A stretch of DNA of 35,890 nucleotides from Octopus bimaculoides (Eukaryota), in the NCBI RefSeq assembly GCF_001194135.2, contig NC_068985.1, forward strand, positions 32,909,353 to 32,945,242, written 5' to 3'. Position 1 is the first letter of the stretch; every line of letters begins with the position of its first letter. The position numbers and the translations under genes were made by a program. The notes under the pieces are model-generated. The model had not been told where the DNA came from. It saw only the letters and a program-made list of their open reading frames with translations, and made no database searches. This document shows positions 31,868 to 35,890 of the stretch, in pieces.

Positions 31868-32093
31868 TTAACTCTTTAGTATTCAGATTACTCAATGAAA
31901 TATAATGCTTATTTATTCATATTGTTTTGAATTAATCATACTTTATCAAGTAGTTTCAAGATTTCTGATGTGATTGTTTATTTTTAGAATGACATTGTAC
32001 GCTAGGTATGAGGCCAGATCTGGCCAGTTTGGAAATATAACAGGTAGAATATTTACACCAGATATAACCAGTTTAAAGGTTTAAAAAGGTCAA
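31868..32093. mobile_element. piggyBac-like MITE (copy 2, more decayed)
   Basis: TTAA|CTCTTTAG start and a body co-linear with 13581-13805; the right end is degenerate (AAAGGTCAA). Confidence 0.75.
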
Positions 32094-32379
32094 GAGTATA
32101 TGTGTTTGGAATATCCAGCTGCTTTCAAGTTGATTTCGCGAGAAGAAATTCAATTAATTGAACAACTGAATACTCATTGACGAAACTAATGGAGAATCCA
32201 TCAAAACCTGAAAATGGAACGAAAACAGTTGTTCTGAACATATTCAGTTTTCGTCCTCTAAATTTTATTGACAATTTGTATTGCGTATATATATCAAAAT
32301 CATTTTACATACACAGATAAAATGTCTCAACAAACAAAACGAACAAATCTTAGTATTTTTTAATGAAAGTTCTGCAAAC

Positions 32380-32625
32380 TCCACCCTATCCCCTCCTGCA
32401 GGTAGGTCACATCCTACAGTTTTAGAAATAGTGGCTTAGCATCATATCACCCATGATCAAGGAAACTTATGATCAAGCAGACTTATGATCAAAAACGTTC
32501 CAGTTATGGCTAACCCACATGATGTATCTAGAACATTTTTAATGATTCATTTTCTTTTTAGATAGTATAATGAGATTTGAAGGAGGCTTGGTTTGGCTGT
32601 TATTTCCAGCAGGTAGAGACTTTCT
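32380..32625 (-). mobile_element. Degraded SINE-like repeat (TGCTAGAAATAGCAGCC core family)
   Basis: Minus strand ACCTGCTGGAAATAACAGCCAAAC..TTCAAATCTCATT. Confidence 0.45.
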
Positions 32626-33689
32626 GGATAATTCGATTGGAACTAGTTGAAGACGTCAAACAAGATATTTACAATATCAAATATGATAACCTTACGTTCA
32701 AACTCGACTAAAGTCATTCTACGGTTGTCTGTAAAATAATTGTCAGTAATATAATGATTATTAAATAGGTATTATACATTGACCAGTGTCTTCACCTTGG
32801 TTGTTAATGTCACAATGTTTGGGTCGTTGTACTCACCGGCTCTTTTCAAATACCCGCTGTATTTGACAACTTACCCAGAATTTTGATCAGAATTCTTAAT
32901 TAAATCTACCAGGGTAGACTATACTCATACCACGGATATTCTCCTGTTGGTTATTTTCCTTTTTGTGACATCACTTGCTTGGTGCACTTGAACCAGAATA
33001 CTTGTTTGTTTCACGACTGACCCAAGAATTGAAATCATACCCACATGCTAAACTGATACATACACGTAACGTTTGACTGTTAATGCATATATCTGCCCCT
33101 TCAGTCCATATATTCTTGTCAATTTTCTTGGCTTTCCGGTCCCCAACCATTTATATTTCATAATTAGCCTGTAGCGTGATACAAGAAGCCAGTGCCATTT
33201 TTTACGAGACCTCACCGACAGCCATTACAAGACAAGAGCGAGATCTCGCCTACAACCATGTTGCCCTGCAACATCTATTTAAGCAGGCGTATTAAGGCAT
33301 TCAGTCTCTCTTCTCTTTCTCGGTTACGCTGAGAAACACTGCAAACTGGCAGCTCACAGCGGATTCTTATCCTGATCTAACGCTATCCGTTATCTCCAGA
33401 GGTAATGTACCTCACGAAGGAGAGCAATAACGAACCACGCGCCGTCATATAGATGGTAACCGGGAACAAGCCCCATGAATAAGAACTAAAATAAACAACC
33501 ATTGAATTGCATCCGCTTGTAAGCTTCTTCTTCGAGTTCCAGATCCTAAGACTCCAGAAAATAATTGTAATGGGAGGTGATACTCCACAGGTATCATGAA
33601 CATTTCGATTCCATTATCAGCTTCTACGTTCCAAAAAATAATTCTCTTTTTCACCACAAAAATATTATTGAAAATTGTGATATATATTT

Positions 33690-33728
33690 GTATGTATGTA
33701 TGTATGTATGTATGTATGTATGTATGTA
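33690..33728. repeat. (TATG)n microsatellite
   Basis: Direct reading. Similar arrays occur at about 3105-3155, 7445-7480 and 9740-9910. Confidence 0.95.
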
Positions 33729-34030
33729 TAATTTACTGTTTCGTTGTAGGTAGGATCAAGAAAATAAGTACTCTATTCAGTGAGGAATAAATATTATTTA
33801 ATATACACATGATCTAGATTATGATCTAATAGTCTCATGCCGTAGAAACTCAATAATTTAGCAGATTTATATGACGTGCCTTGTATTACTAAGCAATCCT
33901 TCAGATTCATTACAAACATTGTTAGTCTTATTTGAATACCAGAACACTGATCTATGAGAAAGTACGGAAATGCGAATAAAATCATGTTCGTTGCTACCTC
34001 CGACTACTGGGTGTTGATTTTCTATGCTTG

Positions 34031-34071
<41 letters not shown>

Positions 34072-35005
34072 CGTGTAATGAGACAGGCAGACAGAGATAG
34101 CTAGCTAGCTAGATAGATATGAAACGGCTTGTTTTCTGGATTCTCAGCCAGGAATCGAAACTTTAGCCTAAATTTTCCCGTAAGTTTCTTTCTATTGTTC
34201 TTGACATTCGTACTTGAAAATTTATAAAAGTCAACAGTCAAACACTGCTCAACATAGATAAGGTCCTATTCTTTTACTGAACATTTGAGTTTAAATTCAG
34301 TTCAACACAGATAAACGCATTTACTTTCCTTTGTTCTCCCGACCTACATTCAGCTTTTGAACATGTATAAATACAGAACCCGGATCTTTGTGGTTTTCGT
34401 CACTGTTCACAATTATCTTTAAAAAAATGTTTTAATGTATCATGTAGATGTATTTTTTGACGCTTAATCCAAATTTGTTATTCATTTATTCTAGAAAAAT
34501 TTTGCAAAAATGTTACAGGTCTTCAAAGTTTGATCATTTTCAACCAACCAGAAAACAGCACGTTCGCTGCCTCTTCCATCATCAGAGGGTAGGGCGGGCA
34601 TCGGCATGTCAAAACATTAATCTAGGATTTTATTAAATAAATACTTTCTCGTATCTTCTTCTCTTCCTTGTGCACATGCGCAGCATCTTTGGTTACTATG
34701 GAGACAGTACTTCGCAATCAACTATGCAACACGTGGTGCTTCTTTGCTTTGGTTACTATGGAAATAGAAATTTTCACCACGGTGATATGTAAAATACTCA
34801 CTTCTGATTGGCTAAAATATCCAGACTTTGCAAATTTTAAATGCTAATAACTTTTTAATTATAAATTTATAGGGAAAATGAATTTCATTTTCATAATTAG
34901 TATGCAAAACTTAATCCATATACCAAATGTGAAAACAATTAGAACAAAATTGTAAACGGTGACGAAAACCACAACGATCCCAAAACCCAAACAGAATTCT
35001 TTCTT

Positions 35006-35143
35006 TCTCTTTCACCTGACACTTTGCCGAAGAAACATCTCTCTCTTTCATCCGACATTTTGCCGGAGTAACGTTTCTTTTATTCGGCACGTTGCCGGAG
35101 GAACATGCTTCTCTCTTTTAACTGGCACTTCAGCGAATGAACA
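35006..35143 (+). repeat. Degenerate minisatellite, four units of about 32-38 bp
   Basis: Units of the form TCT(C)TTT..C(C/G)GACA.TTTGCCG(G/A)AG.AACA. Confidence 0.7.
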
Positions 35144-35332
35144 TGTCTATCTCTTTCTAGCACACCTGTCTCTTCCTAGCGCCTACATCTGACACAAACA
35201 TTTTCTCAAAAGTGTGCGAGTCGTTGCTATCATTCTCTTACCACTGTTTAACAGTGTCTCTAACAAGACGAACCGAGATAGATAAATAAAATCTATAAAA
35301 TGTACTTTTTCCATCTGTTAATTCATTTAGTG

Positions 35333-35722
35333 CAGTGGTTCCCAAACTATGAGTCGCGACCCACTGATGGGTTGCGAACGGAATCCTAGTGGGTCGCAAA
35401 AAGTTATAAAATTACGCATTAGCTTTGATTAACTACTGTCTATCGAGATTCAGCAATGGTTGGGATTAAAAGCAAATTTCGAAATAAACTGCAGCTCACA
35501 AATTCTTTACGGTTGAAACTATCACGCATTGAACCTGATGTTAACTCTATTATTGAGCGTAGCAAGAAACAGGCTCATCCTTCTCACAAGCCTCAATGAA
35601 AATGTAATCTGAAATAAATTTGTTTCTTTCATTAAGGTTTTGACCCAGTAGAGTTAAGTGGGTCGCCATAAACTGGTGTCATAAATAGTGGGTCACGTCT
35701 CTAAAAAGTTTGGGAACCACTG
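35333..35722 (+). mobile_element. hAT Charlie/Buster-type MITE retaining the transposase C-terminus
   Basis: Perfect 16-bp TIRs CAGTGGTTCCCAAACT / AGTTTGGGAACCACTG and 8-bp TSD ATTTAGTG / ATTTAGTA (7/8). 35450-35599 encodes SAMVGIKSKFRNKLQLTNSLRLKLSRIEPDVNSIIERSKKQAHPSHKPQ*. Confidence 0.92.
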
Positions 35723-35890
35723 ATTTAGTACATATCACACTGTTCCATAAAGTTTTAACCAATATGCTATTAATACTTTAGATTGTATACCTGACTTTCT
35801 ACTATAAAATTAAAGAAATTGACGGTACGCTGAACTCCAGACTAAACAACTCAAACAACATTTATTTACTTGGTAAAACATACAAATCTT

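Noticed and set aside
33170-33590. Possible solo LTR (TGTAGCG...CTCCACA, with a TATTTAAG box)
   Set aside because: No matching TSD at any candidate end and only a 3-bp terminal inverted match.

Overview
AT-rich eukaryotic genomic DNA with three large N gaps and two 10-N gaps. From memory, the SINE and LINE families match Octopus (coleoid cephalopod) repeats; I ran no database search. I found no intact protein-coding gene, RNA gene or CRISPR array. The window is a dense mosaic of decayed mobile elements. Retroelements: a 5'-truncated RTE LINE, a Ty3/Gypsy 3' end, an R4/Dong-like fragment, a CRE-clade RLE retroelement joined to a gag-knuckle ORF1, a solo LTR and several tRNA-type SINEs. DNA elements: five hAT-type pieces, mariner and piggyBac-like MITEs, a non-autonomous Helitron and two long palindromes, plus microsatellites. 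The best-supported structure is a three-layer nested insertion (palindromic MITE, then SINE, then solo LTR) with readable target-site duplications. Other points of interest are the RT-less ORF1/CRE chimera, a hAT element resembling oomycete-type transposases, and a compact housekeeping-type promoter motif cluster near 15.0-15.1 kb. I see no evidence that justifies claiming a wholly new biological system.
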